From sequence record OR979723.1: a stretch of DNA of 48,422 bases; one strand, given 5' to 3'. Every line of letters starts with the position of its first letter. The first letter of the stretch is position 1. The translations under genes were made by a program, and so were the position numbers. Under the pieces are notes generated by a model. The model ran no database searches and had not been told where the DNA came from. It saw nothing but the letters and a program-made list of their open reading frames with translations. Origin of the DNA: Escherichia phage ETEP102. Below are positions 17,248 through 27,580 of this stretch, piece after piece.

Positions 17248-17260
17248 AGGAGCATTAATT

Positions 17261-17935
17261 ATGGCACTTCCTAACGGTTCCCAAGTTTTTATTGAGCAGA
17301 CCCGATCCGCTACCGAGATTGAAGCTACGGCAGTTAGCAACGCAGAAAACCCTGTAGCGACAGTGGCATCAACTACTGGCATTGTTGCTGGTGATTATGT
17401 TCTGGTTCTTGAAAGCGTGTGGGCTTCGTTCAAAAACCGAGTTATGCGAGTAAAAGAAGTAACCCTGAATACATCTCTGACTCTCGAAGGTGACAAGAAT
17501 ACCTCGACGGCGGACACTAACAAGTTCCCAGCTGGCGGCGCGTCAACTCTGGTTAAGATCGAAAGCTGGATTGAGATCCCATGCGTGAGCGATATTGCAA
17601 AATCTGGTGGCGAGCAGCAGTTCTACACCAAGCAGTGTCTATCTGATGACCGTGAAAAGCAGATCCCGACCTTTAAGTCTGCGACTTCCATCGCGTATAC
17701 TTTCGACTTCGACTACGCGAACCCGATCACTCAGCTACTGATTGGTTACGACGAAGACGGCAAGACCCGCGCTATGCGAATGTTTGTTCCGAAGGCAAGC
17801 TATCCGATCCGCACATTCTCTGGCACGCCATCTTTCGATGACATCCCCAATACGGTCATGAACGAAGATGAAACGACCATCCTGACCATCTCACTTGATG
17901 GTAAATATACTCACATGAAAGAGTTTGTGGTGTAA
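17261..17935 (+). CDS. major tail protein
   Basis: 224-aa ORF with AAAGGAG RBS and strong terminator after it, directly before chaperone and tape measure genes. Confidence 0.6.
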   Translation: MALPNGSQVFIEQTRSATEIEATAVSNAENPVATVASTTGIVAGDYVLVLESVWASFKNRVMRVKEVTLNTSLTLEGDKNTSTADTNKFPAGGASTLVKIESWIEIPCVSDIAKSGGEQQFYTKQCLSDDREKQIPTFKSATSIAYTFDFDYANPITQLLIGYDEDGKTRAMRMFVPKASYPIRTFSGTPSFDDIPNTVMNEDETTILTISLDGKYTHMKEFVV

Positions 17936-17938
17936 CAC

Positions 17939-17965
17939 GAGGGGGCTATTGCCCCCTCTTTTTAT
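17939..17965 (+). terminator. rho-independent terminator
   Basis: GAGGGGGC-TATT-GCCCCCTC then TTTTT. Confidence 0.7.
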
Positions 17966-18007
17966 TTGTGATTTAATAGATACTCAATTAACGAGAGGGC
18001 ATTTCAA

Positions 18008-18322
18008 ATGGCTGCAAAATTTAAAGTAACTCTGGGCGCACTGCCTGATTTCATTCTTCCGGTTTCTTTCGTCATGCCAAACGGTGATGAGGCTGAGATT
18101 AAATTCAAGGTTCGCCACAAGAAAGCAAGCGAAATCAAAGCACTATATGACGGAGAGGCGAAGGATTATACCTTTATCAACGAGGTTTGCACTGGCTGGG
18201 ATCTGGAGGATGAGTTTAATTCCGAAAACGCGCAGGCGATTGTTGATCTCTTCCCATCCATTGCACTGGCGCTGGCTCAAGCCTACATGGGCGCTCTCGT
18301 TGGTCAGCGAGTAAAAAACTAA
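18008..18322 (+). CDS. tail assembly chaperone (lambda G-like)
   Basis: 104-aa ORF before tape measure; ends ...VGQRVKN with slippery heptamer in last codons. Confidence 0.6.
   Translation: MAAKFKVTLGALPDFILPVSFVMPNGDEAEIKFKVRHKKASEIKALYDGEAKDYTFINEVCTGWDLEDEFNSENAQAIVDLFPSIALALAQAYMGALVGQRVKN
18313..18319 (+). other. programmed -1 frameshift slippery site A_AAA_AAC
   Basis: X_XXY_YYZ heptamer in zero frame of chaperone ORF 3 codons before its stop; -1 frame is open into ORF 18337-18633. Confidence 0.55.
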
Positions 18323-18633
18323 AAAGGGCGATCCGGTTGATGTTCCAAAAATCACCGACTGATGCAGAGCTTGAAGCGTACGGATTGACCCGTGAAGATT
18401 ACGAGGATGAAGAGCCTGAGATATTAATCTTTGATGAGTCAATGTATCAGTCATGGGAGATATTCAACGCAATGAATACTCAGTGGAGATCATCCGGAGG
18501 CGTCCCTTACGGTCTTGATTATAATGTGTTGCCGATGTTGTTCAGAATCTATAAAATAGACGATGAGGAAATGGCACTCAATGACGTGCGAGTAATGGAG
18601 GGCTTATCCCTACAGCTCATGCACAAAAAGTAA
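18319..18633 (+). CDS. -1 frame extension giving a GT-like chaperone fusion
   Basis: Frame of ORF 18337-18633 is -1 relative to 18008-18322 and open from the slippery site (LKRAIRLMFQKSPTDAEL...). Confidence 0.45.
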   Translation, partial: LKRAIRLMFQKSPTDAELEAYGLTREDYEDEEPEILIFDESMYQSWEIFNAMNTQWRSSGGVPYGLDYNVLPMLFRIYKIDDEEMALNDVRVMEGLSLQLMHKK

Positions 18634-18635
18634 TA

Positions 18636-18658
18636 AGCGCCTACGGGCGCTTTTTTTG
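18636..18658 (+). terminator. hairpin plus T-run, terminator/attenuator
   Basis: GCGCC-TACG-GGCGC then TTTTTTT, then GGGGG and ATG 18671. Confidence 0.5.
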
Positions 18659-18670
18659 TTTGGGGGTTTT

Positions 18671-21600
18671 ATGACAGATAAACTTGCAGGGCTATCCCTT
18701 GGTGTTGACGTTTCCCAGGTTGATAGGGCGGTGAAATCACTGGAGAACTTCTCCAAGGCTAACAATAAGGCGGCTGGCTCTCTCTCTGATTTTGTCGATA
18801 ATGAACAGGTAGCAAGGGTGAAGGCAAAAGAGCTTGCGGCTGAATTGGCACGACAGCGTGCCGAGTTCCAGAAGCTTGAGGGAGTCATTGACCCGACAGC
18901 TAGCAAAATGGCACGACTTAAAACTGCTAGTGAGCAACTTGATGCGGCGTGGCAAAAGGGAGTTGTACCTGATAAAAAGTTTTTCGAATTAGGTGAAATG
19001 CTTGAGGCGCAGAATAACGCGCTCATCAAGTCACGCTCTATATTGACAGCAGAGGGGCGTGCTGCTGCGGAGAATGCCAAGCAGAAAGCCAGAGCCAAAG
19101 CTGATGCCGATAGCTTCATTCGAAGCCTTGAGCGTCAAGCACAAGCGGCTACGATGACGAAGCAAGAAATGCTTGAGCTTAGGGCAGCTGAGTTGGGCGT
19201 ATCGGACAAAGCGGCTCCTTTGATTTCTAAGTTAAATCAGCAAACGGAAGCATTCAAACTCAGCGGAATCTCAGCGGGTGAATACCGAAACGCAATGAAG
19301 ATGCTACCTGCGCAGATTACTGATGTTGTAACATCAATGGCGACTGGGATGCCGATATGGATGGTTGCCATCCAGCAGGGCGGACAGATCAGCGATTCAT
19401 TCGGCGGAATTGGTAACGCGATGCAGTTAGCTAAGGATGGCGTGATTGATTATATATCATCTATTACAGAGCTTAAATCAGCATTCGCAGATGTAAGAAC
19501 CTTGGGTCAAGATGCGATTGCCAGATTCGGACGTGCGGCAACGATTTTCGGTGGCGGAATTTTCACTGCGGTTGCTGCTATTGGTTATGCGGCTTACTCC
19601 TCATACTCTGAGCTGAGTGAGCTTCAAAGCGCTATCGTTCTGAGCGGTGGATATGCGGTTCAATCAGCGTCCGAAATGGATACATTGACCGATGCGATCA
19701 CCGAAAACAGCAAGGCAAGCGGAGGGGCGGTTAATGACATCGCTGTATCTATGGCTAAGTCTGGCAAGTACACATCCGATCAAATCAAAATCATCACCGC
19801 ATCCACGGCAGATTGGGCGACAGTAACAAGCACAAGCGCAGATAAGATCCTTGCGGAGTTCGATAAGATTGCAAAAGATCCGGTTAGCGGACTGATAGAG
19901 TTAAACAAGACATATAACTTCCTAGAGAAAGGCCAGTTAACATACATCAACAAGCTTAAGAAAACGGAAGGTCAAACTGCGGCGGTTACTGCTGCGACGA
20001 AAATTTTCGCCGATGTAATGGATGATCGAATTGCAAAGCTTGCGGAATCAGCAAACCCACTAGAGAAAATGTGGTGGAATATCAAGAAATGGTCTAGCGA
20101 CGCGTGGGGTTCCGTTTCCGACAGGACGCTAGGGGCGCTAAATCTGATCACCGATGTAGTTGCTGGCACGGTTGAGCAGGTCAAGGTGATCCTCAACTAT
20201 GGAGATCAGTACATTGGTGAGTTCGTCATTTCAGCTACAAAGGCGATGCAAGGGATTCCTGGCATGGGCACTTTCGGTCAATCGGTGATCGACGAGCAGC
20301 AGAAAATTGTTGACGCAGCCAAAAAACAAAACGAGGAGTTGTTAAAATCCATCGCAGAGCGCGATGCTAGGATCAGAAAGGGGGAAGCTGGATACCTTGA
20401 AGCGGGCAAGAATGATAAGGTAGGAGACGGTTATTCATCAAAAACAAAAGAAGCTGTAGACAAAGAGGCCGAGGATCTAAAAAAATTAAACAAGGAAAAG
20501 AAATATTCAGTCGATCAGGGGGTTAAAATCACCGAACAGTACGAAATGGATATTGTCGCCTTGCAGTCTCAGCTAAAAGTATTGCAGGAGCATAAGACCA
20601 TCAACGACAGCATCAGCCAGCAGCGCAAAACGCAATGGAACGAGCAAGCGCGAATCCTGATTCTGGAGGGTATTGCGGCGGATCAGAAAGGGAGAGCGCT
20701 GACTCAGGAAGAGAAATCAATCCTTTTAAACAAGTCCAAGATTCTAGACCTTGCGGAACAGAAAGCGGCGTTGGGGGATCAGATTGTTGTCCAAGAGCGG
20801 TTGAACAAGTTGCAGGACGATTCAGAGAAGTTCGTGAATAAGACGCTGGCGGCAACAAGATCGCTCAATGATACCAAGGCGATGGGCGACAGGGACGCAA
20901 AACGCTACGCTGAACGAGAGGCTATGAAAGCCAATTGGACGAGCAAGGGCGGGAAAGATACTGATCCAGCATTCAAGAGAATGATTGATGAGCAGGATAA
21001 GTACTACGCGGCGGAAGATGCGAAGCGTGCTGACTGGTTGGCTGGGGCTGAAAACGCTTTTGAAAACTACGGCGAAGCGGCAACGGATATGTATACCAAC
21101 GTAGGAGGCATTGCAACTAATGCTCTGACTGGTTTGTCTGATATGATGACTGAGTTTTTAACTACCGGTCAGGCCAACTTCGCTGACTTCGCAAAGAGCA
21201 TTATCAGCCAGATTATTAAGATGATCACGCAGATGGTAATCTTCAACTCAATCTCCGGTATGATGGGAGGCTCGGCTGGTGGTAAGGGATTCTCCTTCGC
21301 TAACTCAGGATGGTTCGCTGCTGGCGGGTACACTGGAGACGGTGGGAAATATGAGCCTGCTGGAACAGTCCATAAAGGTGAGTTTGTCATGACCAAGGAA
21401 GCGACAAAGCGTATCGGCGTTGATAACCTTTACAGAATGATGCGAGGTTATGCGAATGGCGGTATGGTTGGCGGAGCTTCTAGAGGTGGGGGCGGAAGTG
21501 CAATCATGGCTGGCGGAGTGACAATCGGGAGTATCCCTGTTAGCATCAATAACAGAAGCGATCCGAATGGAATGGAGCAGGGCGTGAAAATGATTTTCAA

Positions 21601-21673
21601 GCAAATGATTCAGGAGTCGTGCTCTCAAGGCGGCGAGGTTTACAACTACATCAACGGCAAAGCAGGAGCGTAA
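18671..21673 (+). CDS. tail tape measure protein
   Basis: 1000-aa largely alpha-helical protein after chaperones; Gly-rich C-terminus. Confidence 0.8.
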   Translation: MTDKLAGLSLGVDVSQVDRAVKSLENFSKANNKAAGSLSDFVDNEQVARVKAKELAAELARQRAEFQKLEGVIDPTASKMARLKTASEQLDAAWQKGVVPDKKFFELGEMLEAQNNALIKSRSILTAEGRAAAENAKQKARAKADADSFIRSLERQAQAATMTKQEMLELRAAELGVSDKAAPLISKLNQQTEAFKLSGISAGEYRNAMKMLPAQITDVVTSMATGMPIWMVAIQQGGQISDSFGGIGNAMQLAKDGVIDYISSITELKSAFADVRTLGQDAIARFGRAATIFGGGIFTAVAAIGYAAYSSYSELSELQSAIVLSGGYAVQSASEMDTLTDAITENSKASGGAVNDIAVSMAKSGKYTSDQIKIITASTADWATVTSTSADKILAEFDKIAKDPVSGLIELNKTYNFLEKGQLTYINKLKKTEGQTAAVTAATKIFADVMDDRIAKLAESANPLEKMWWNIKKWSSDAWGSVSDRTLGALNLITDVVAGTVEQVKVILNYGDQYIGEFVISATKAMQGIPGMGTFGQSVIDEQQKIVDAAKKQNEELLKSIAERDARIRKGEAGYLEAGKNDKVGDGYSSKTKEAVDKEAEDLKKLNKEKKYSVDQGVKITEQYEMDIVALQSQLKVLQEHKTINDSISQQRKTQWNEQARILILEGIAADQKGRALTQEEKSILLNKSKILDLAEQKAALGDQIVVQERLNKLQDDSEKFVNKTLAATRSLNDTKAMGDRDAKRYAEREAMKANWTSKGGKDTDPAFKRMIDEQDKYYAAEDAKRADWLAGAENAFENYGEAATDMYTNVGGIATNALTGLSDMMTEFLTTGQANFADFAKSIISQIIKMITQMVIFNSISGMMGGSAGGKGFSFANSGWFAAGGYTGDGGKYEPAGTVHKGEFVMTKEATKRIGVDNLYRMMRGYANGGMVGGASRGGGGSAIMAGGVTIGSIPVSINNRSDPNGMEQGVKMIFKQMIQESCSQGGEVYNYINGKAGA

Positions 21674-21676
21674 TAA

Positions 21677-22024
21677 ATGGCCCTAGACGTGTTTAATTGG
21701 TGCGTACAGGTTCAGGATGGTGGCGGCGTAATGACCGTCACCAACAATGACAGACAGGTGCAATTTGGTAATGGTTTTCGTCAGGTTGCATCGTCTGGAT
21801 ATAACACTGAGCGACGAGAGTATGCGATAAGTTATGTGGGAAAGGACTGGATTGAGGTTAGAGAGTTTTTAAGATCTCACCGACTAAAAGCCTTCGCCTT
21901 CACCCCGCCGGAAGACAGGATCGGCGTTTTCCTACTGAAGCCTGATACGCTGAATACTCAGCCAATAGGTCGAGGTCTTCTTGTTGTAAAATGCACCATT
22001 GTGGAAACATTCACAGCGGTGTAG
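21677..22024 (+). CDS. minor tail protein (lambda M-like)
   Basis: 115-aa ORF immediately after tape measure; size and position. Confidence 0.65.
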   Translation: MALDVFNWCVQVQDGGGVMTVTNNDRQVQFGNGFRQVASSGYNTERREYAISYVGKDWIEVREFLRSHRLKAFAFTPPEDRIGVFLLKPDTLNTQPIGRGLLVVKCTIVETFTAV

Positions 22025-22027
22025 AAT

Positions 22028-22051
22028 AAAGCCTCCTAGCGGGGCTTTTTT
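22028..22051 (+). terminator. hairpin plus T-run, terminator/attenuator
   Basis: AAAGCC-(loop)-GGCTTT then TTTT, followed by GGAGG and ATG 22067. Confidence 0.45.
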
Positions 22052-22066
22052 ATTGGAGGTAATCAC

Positions 22067-22813
22067 ATGACACCTAAGTTTGAAAACGTCTTGCAGGGGC
22101 TTTTCCCTGGCGAGATTATGACACTGATTGACGTTGACGGGACGAAGTTCGGCGCTCAGGTCTACCGATTCCACAACGAGAACATCCAGTTTACGCCGGA
22201 GGAGATTCTCGCAGCCACGCAGCCAGGCGGGAGCCTTCAGCCAAAAACAATCACCTTTCAGGGAAATGAATATGGCGCTCGTCCTTTCGGCATATCAGGC
22301 ATTGACCTAAACGGTAACGGAAAGGCAGGAAAACCACAGTTAACCTTATCCAACCTTGATAGCCGAGTATCGGCCCTTATCCGATCCTACAACGGCATGA
22401 TGCAGGCTAAGGTGACTATCTGGATAACATCACGAGAAATGCTCGGCAGCAACGGCGATGTTTCCCCCGGTGACTTCAGAAAATACGTTTACTACGTTGA
22501 GAGACCGAACTTTGTGGATCAGAACGTTGCGCGATTTGATCTGACTTCACCATACGACATGGACGGAATCATGATTCCACCGCGAGTTACTCAGAGTGTT
22601 TGTTTTTGGGCACAGCGTGGCTGGTACAGAAGCGGCAACGGTTGCGGTTACAACGGAAGCAGGATGTTTGACAAAGACAACAATCCAGTAACAGATCCAT
22701 CCAGGGACGTATGCGCGGGAACTGTAACGGCATGCAAGATAAGGTTCGGCTCTGAAAACGAATTAGATTTCGGCGGCTGTGCGGTAGCATCACTTGACAG
22801 GAAAAACCAATGA
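22067..22813 (+). CDS. minor tail protein (lambda L-like)
   Basis: 248 aa; C-terminal Cys cluster CFWAQ...CGYNG...CAGTVTAC as in gpL-type proteins. Confidence 0.7.
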   Translation: MTPKFENVLQGLFPGEIMTLIDVDGTKFGAQVYRFHNENIQFTPEEILAATQPGGSLQPKTITFQGNEYGARPFGISGIDLNGNGKAGKPQLTLSNLDSRVSALIRSYNGMMQAKVTIWITSREMLGSNGDVSPGDFRKYVYYVERPNFVDQNVARFDLTSPYDMDGIMIPPRVTQSVCFWAQRGWYRSGNGCGYNGSRMFDKDNNPVTDPSRDVCAGTVTACKIRFGSENELDFGGCAVASLDRKNQ

Positions 22814-23535
22814 TTAACGGCAAAATCAAGATGGCAATCTTCGAACATGCGAAATCAGTATACCCCAATGAATGCTGCGGCGTGGTAACTCAAAAAGGCC
22901 GAGTGCAAAAATACTGGCCCATTGACAACGTTCACTCTGAACCGGAAAAAGGATTCCAGCTTGACTCTGTGCAATACGCCTGCGTTGATGATAACGCTGA
23001 CCTAACCACGATCGCCATTGTTCACAGCCACACCGGAGACGGGGCTACGACCTTACCAAGCGCTCACGACTTGTGCGTATTGAATGAGATGGAATTGCCT
23101 TGGGTGATTGTCAGTCTGCCGGAAGGTGACATGAGAATTGTTCATCCTGAAGCCATGCCTCTGATTGGTCGTCCTTGGTCGCTTGGATCTTTCGATTGCT
23201 GGGGACTGGTTATGGCATGGCACAAAGAGCACGGCGTAATCCTGAATGACTTCCGAAAGCCTTACGAGTGGTGGAAGCCTGAATATGGTGAGAATCTCTA
23301 CCAGGACAACTACATTAAAGAGGGTTTTATTGAAACCGGAAAGGATCCTGAACCTGGCGATATGATCATCATGAAATTGCAAGCTGAGGTATGGAACCAC
23401 GCGGGGATTTACCTTGGAAATAATCAACTCCTGCATCATGCATTTGGTAAGCTGTCAAAGACAGATATTTATTCAGGATGGTTCCAGGAGCATACGGTAA
23501 TGGTATGTAGGCATAAGGAGTTAGAGAAATGTTAA
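22810..23535 (+). CDS. tail assembly protein (lambda K-like, JAB/MPN plus NlpC/P60)
   Basis: HSHTGDGATTLPSAHD metalloprotease-like motif and CWGLVMAW...H cysteine peptidase-like motif. Confidence 0.7.
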   Translation: MINGKIKMAIFEHAKSVYPNECCGVVTQKGRVQKYWPIDNVHSEPEKGFQLDSVQYACVDDNADLTTIAIVHSHTGDGATTLPSAHDLCVLNEMELPWVIVSLPEGDMRIVHPEAMPLIGRPWSLGSFDCWGLVMAWHKEHGVILNDFRKPYEWWKPEYGENLYQDNYIKEGFIETGKDPEPGDMIIMKLQAEVWNHAGIYLGNNQLLHHAFGKLSKTDIYSGWFQEHTVMVCRHKELEKC

Positions 23536-24122
23536 AAACAATCAAGCTATCAGGTTCGCTTGGCCGCAGGTTCGGCGTTTTCCACAAATATGACGTTGAC
23601 TCATACCCAGAGGCTATCCGAGCGCTGTCATCTCAGGTTGCAGGATTCAAGGAGTTCATGCAAAGCGAGATCGGCTCTCGTATGCACTTTGCTGTGTTCG
23701 TTGATGGTAAAAACGTTGGGCCGCATGATGAATCAGCATTCAGTTGCGCGAAAGAGGTTCGTATTATACCAATTCCAACAGGCTCAAAAAATGGCGGTAT
23801 GTTCCAGATTGTTGTCGGTGCAGTGATGATGGTAGCGGCATTCTACACTGGCGGCGCCTCACTGGCTCTCATGGGTACATTCGCCACGTCAGCATTCATG
23901 ATGGGCGGCGCCATGGTCCTTGGCGGAGTGATGCAAATGATTTCACCGCAGCAAGGCGGCTCAAAGATGGAGGTTCAGAGCAGCAAGAATAAGCCTTCAT
24001 ATGCTTTCGGTGGCGCAGTTAACACAACGGCAGCTGGAAACCCGATCCCGGTCCCTTATGGTTATCGAACCGTTGGCGGAGCGACATTCTCAGCGTATTC
24101 AGTTGCAGAGGATATGTCATAA
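23529..24122 (+). CDS. tail assembly protein (lambda I-like)
   Basis: 197 aa with hydrophobic Gly/Ala/Met-rich central segment; position before J-like gene. Confidence 0.65.
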   Translation: MLKTIKLSGSLGRRFGVFHKYDVDSYPEAIRALSSQVAGFKEFMQSEIGSRMHFAVFVDGKNVGPHDESAFSCAKEVRIIPIPTGSKNGGMFQIVVGAVMMVAAFYTGGASLALMGTFATSAFMMGGAMVLGGVMQMISPQQGGSKMEVQSSKNKPSYAFGGAVNTTAAGNPIPVPYGYRTVGGATFSAYSVAEDMS

Positions 24123-24129
24123 GAACAAA

Positions 24130-24151
24130 CCCGCCTTGCGCGGGTTTTTTT
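24130..24151 (+). terminator. rho-independent terminator
   Basis: CCCGC-CTTG-CGCGGG then TTTTTTT. Confidence 0.6.
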
Positions 24152-24156
24152 ACGCC

Positions 24157-24164
24157 TGTATAAT
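24157..24164 (+). promoter_or_regulatory. extended -10 promoter TGTATAAT
   Basis: 35 nt upstream of ATG 24200; leader CACGAAAGG. Confidence 0.45.
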
Positions 24165-24199
24165 GAATCTTCTATAAATCGCACGAAAGGCTAAACATC

Positions 24200-27100
24200 A
24201 TGATTAAAAATAATGTAGTGACTGGCCGAAAGGGTGGAAGCAGTAAACCTCATACCCCACAGGAGATGGAAGACAACCTGATCTCAATCAACAAGATTAA
24301 GGTTTTGCTCGCTGTCAGTGATGGTGAGGTTGACGCGAATTTCTCATTAAAGGACTTATATCTTAATGATGTTCCTGTAATTGCACCCTCTGGAGAAGTT
24401 AACTATGAAGGCGTTAAGGCTGAGTTTCGCCCAGGCACACAGACGCAGGACTACATCAAAGGATTTAACGACACGGCGGCTGAGTTCACTGTAGGTCGTG
24501 AATTGAAAACAACTACGCCTTACGTGATCTCGGTAACGAATAAGCAGCTATCAGCCGTTCGCGTAAAAATCCTGATGCCTCGAGGCGTTACAACGAAAGA
24601 AAACGGCGATATGGTCGGGGTTGTCGTGAAGTGGGCCGTAGATATGGCGGTTGATGGAGGGAGCTACCAGGAAGTTTTGCTTGACACTATAGACGGGAAA
24701 ACACTAAGCGGATATGACAAAACTAAGCGTATTGACTTGCCGGCGTTTAATAGTCAAGTCCTGCTGCGGGTTCGGCGGGTTACTCCTGATTCAACTAATT
24801 CGCGCGTCGTTGACACGATAAACATACAGTCTTACGCCGAGGTTATTGATGCAAAGTTCCGTTACCCTCTGACTGGTCTTGTTTACGTTGAGTTTAACAG
24901 CGAGCTATTCCCGCAGATTCCAAGCATTAGCACGAAAAAGAAATGGAAGATCATCAACGTTCCGAGCAACTACGACCCAGTACTGAGAGAATACAGCGGC
25001 ACATGGGATGGCAGTTTTAAAAAAGCGTGGTCAAATAACCCAGCGTGGGTGCTTTATGATTTGATTACCAATCAGAGATATGGACTCGACCAACGAGAGT
25101 TGGGTATCGCCGTTGATAAGTGGTCGCTCTATGATGCTGGTCAATACTGCGATCAGAAAGTTCCTGACGGTCACGGAGGGTTGGAGCCTCGCTACCTTTG
25201 CGACGTGGTAATCCAGTCTCAGGTTGAGGCTTACAATCTGGTTAGAGATATTTGCTCAATATTCCGAGGGATGAGCTTTTGGAACGGCGAGAGCCTTTCA
25301 ATTGTCATAGACCGACCGAGAGAGGCTTCATACATTTTCACTAACGATAACGTCGTTGATGGCTCATTTGCCTATACGTTCGCAAGTGAAAAAAGCATGT
25401 ATACAACTTGTAACGTCACATTTGACGACGAGCAAAACATGTACAGCCAGGATATTGAGGGAGTATTCGACCTTAACGCATCGTTACGGTTCGGGCACAA
25501 CCCTACAAGCATCACGGCGATCGGATGCACTCGACGCAGTGAGGCTAACCGTCGAGGCCGATGGGTTCTTAAAACAAACCTTCGCAGCACGACGGTAAGT
25601 TTTGCAACTGGTCTTGAGGGTATGATCCCGATGATTGGCGACGTAGTGGCGATCGCTGATAACTTCTGGTCAAGCAACCTGACTCTCTCATTGTCAGGTC
25701 GCGTCATGGAAGTTTCTGGTCTGCAAGTGTTCACTCACTTTAAGGTTGATGCTCGCGCTGGTGATTTTATCATCGTCAACAAACCTGATGGAAATCCTGT
25801 GCGCCGCACGATTTCAAAGGTGTCGGCAGATGGCAAGACGATTGAGCTTAATGTTGGTTTTGGCTTTGATGTTCAGCCTAACACTGTTTTCGCAATCGAC
25901 AGAACTGACATAGCTTTGCAGCAATACGTCGTAACTGGAATCACGAAGGGCGACGGTGATGATGAGTTCACATACAGCATCACGGCGGTTGAGTATGACC
26001 AAAACAAATACGACGAGATCGACTACGGCGTAAATATTGATGACCGACCAACCAGTATTGTAGATCCTGACAACATGCAGCCACCTAAAAACATTGTAGT
26101 TTCATCATACTCTCGCATTGTCCAGGGGATGAGCGTAGAAACAATGGTTATTGGATGGGGTAAGGTTCAGTACGCAAGCAAGTACGATGTGCAGTGGCGA
26201 AAGGATAACGGTAACTGGATGAACGTACCGCGCACAGCAAGCTCAGAGGTTGAGGTAGAAGGTATTTATGCTGGTAATTATCACGTACGCGTAAGGAGCA
26301 TCTCAAGCGGCGGAAACACGTCCCCATGGTCTGACGTTGTCAGCGTTGGGTTGACTGGTAAGATTGGGAAGCCAGATAAACCAACGGTCATAACCGCGTC
26401 TGACGACCAGGTATTTGGGATCAGAGTTAAATTGGGCTTCCCGGAAGGTTCTGGCGACACTGCCTACACTGAATTGCAGCAGATACCAGATAATGGTGCC
26501 GGAGGTCACACTGGTGAGGAGAATGCAAGTCTATTAACAATGATTCCTTACCCTCAGTACGAGTACTGGCACTCAACATTACCAGCAGGTTATGTAAACT
26601 GGTACAGGGCGAGATTGGTAGACAGGATTGGGAACGCCTCTGACTGGTCTGATATTGTTCGCGGAATGTCAAGCGATGACGTTGAGTCCATCATTGGAGA
26701 AATAAAGGTTGATATCGAGGGTTCCGAGGGTTTTAAGTACCTACAGCAGAACTCCATTGATTCAAACGTAGCTATTCAGGCGCAAGCGGAATCAATCCTT
26801 GAGAACGCCCTTGCAAACGACACAGACGTACGTCGAATGACCAAGGAGAACGGCAAGAGAAAGGCTGAATACGTTCAGGCGGTGAATCTTATTGCCGATG
26901 AAACTCAGGCTCGCGTAGAGGCTCTCACGCAGCTTAAAGCGCAGATTGATGATGAGGTCGTAGCCTCAATAACTGAAGTTCAGACGGCACTAGCCACCGA
27001 AACGGAAGCAAGGACCACGGCGGATACAGTTCTGAGCGCTCAGCTTGGAGATACTCAGGCAGCACTGAATGAAAAGCTTGATTCCTGGGTGGATGCGGAA

Positions 27101-27580
27101 TCCGCTGGTGCTCAGTACGGTGTTAAGTTAGGTCTAAAATATAATGGGGTTGAGTATAGCGCAGGGATGAGCATGGAACTTGTTGGCAGTGGTGCTGGCG
27201 TTAAGAGTCAGCTCATCTTTGACGCAAGCAGATTCGCTATCAGTAATGGCATTGGATCTGGTTCCGGTCAGTGGGCATTGCCTTTTGTTGTTGAGAGCAA
27301 CCAGGTGTTCATACAGAGCGCCGTGATCAAGGATGGCTCAATCACTAACGCCAAGATTGGTAACAGGATTCAATCAAATAACTACGTGGCAGGTAGCACT
27401 GGCTGGGCGATTGATAAATCAGGAAGTGCTGAATTTAGTAACGCAACCGTAAGGGGCAACCTGTACGCAAACAGCGGAAACTTCGCATTCAACGGCACCA
27501 ATAACACGGTTCAGATTAACGGAAACGGAATCACTGTTAACCTGGCGAATGGTGGGAGGGTTGTTGTAGGAACATTCTAA
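24200..27580 (+). CDS. tail tip / central fiber host-specificity protein (lambda J-like)
   Basis: 1126-aa ORF following the M/L/K/I-like genes. Confidence 0.8.
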   Translation: MIKNNVVTGRKGGSSKPHTPQEMEDNLISINKIKVLLAVSDGEVDANFSLKDLYLNDVPVIAPSGEVNYEGVKAEFRPGTQTQDYIKGFNDTAAEFTVGRELKTTTPYVISVTNKQLSAVRVKILMPRGVTTKENGDMVGVVVKWAVDMAVDGGSYQEVLLDTIDGKTLSGYDKTKRIDLPAFNSQVLLRVRRVTPDSTNSRVVDTINIQSYAEVIDAKFRYPLTGLVYVEFNSELFPQIPSISTKKKWKIINVPSNYDPVLREYSGTWDGSFKKAWSNNPAWVLYDLITNQRYGLDQRELGIAVDKWSLYDAGQYCDQKVPDGHGGLEPRYLCDVVIQSQVEAYNLVRDICSIFRGMSFWNGESLSIVIDRPREASYIFTNDNVVDGSFAYTFASEKSMYTTCNVTFDDEQNMYSQDIEGVFDLNASLRFGHNPTSITAIGCTRRSEANRRGRWVLKTNLRSTTVSFATGLEGMIPMIGDVVAIADNFWSSNLTLSLSGRVMEVSGLQVFTHFKVDARAGDFIIVNKPDGNPVRRTISKVSADGKTIELNVGFGFDVQPNTVFAIDRTDIALQQYVVTGITKGDGDDEFTYSITAVEYDQNKYDEIDYGVNIDDRPTSIVDPDNMQPPKNIVVSSYSRIVQGMSVETMVIGWGKVQYASKYDVQWRKDNGNWMNVPRTASSEVEVEGIYAGNYHVRVRSISSGGNTSPWSDVVSVGLTGKIGKPDKPTVITASDDQVFGIRVKLGFPEGSGDTAYTELQQIPDNGAGGHTGEENASLLTMIPYPQYEYWHSTLPAGYVNWYRARLVDRIGNASDWSDIVRGMSSDDVESIIGEIKVDIEGSEGFKYLQQNSIDSNVAIQAQAESILENALANDTDVRRMTKENGKRKAEYVQAVNLIADETQARVEALTQLKAQIDDEVVASITEVQTALATETEARTTADTVLSAQLGDTQAALNEKLDSWVDAESAGAQYGVKLGLKYNGVEYSAGMSMELVGSGAGVKSQLIFDASRFAISNGIGSGSGQWALPFVVESNQVFIQSAVIKDGSITNAKIGNRIQSNNYVAGSTGWAIDKSGSAEFSNATVRGNLYANSGNFAFNGTNNTVQINGNGITVNLANGGRVVVGTF

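Noticed and set aside
18610-19119. 169-aa minus-strand ORF (and 18737-18955, 19972-20196, 20613-20858, 21169-21628) inside the tape measure gene
   Set aside because: Fully antisense to a long, well-supported structural gene, Ala/Ser-rich low-complexity translation typical of the reverse frame of a GC-skewed coding region, and no RBS.
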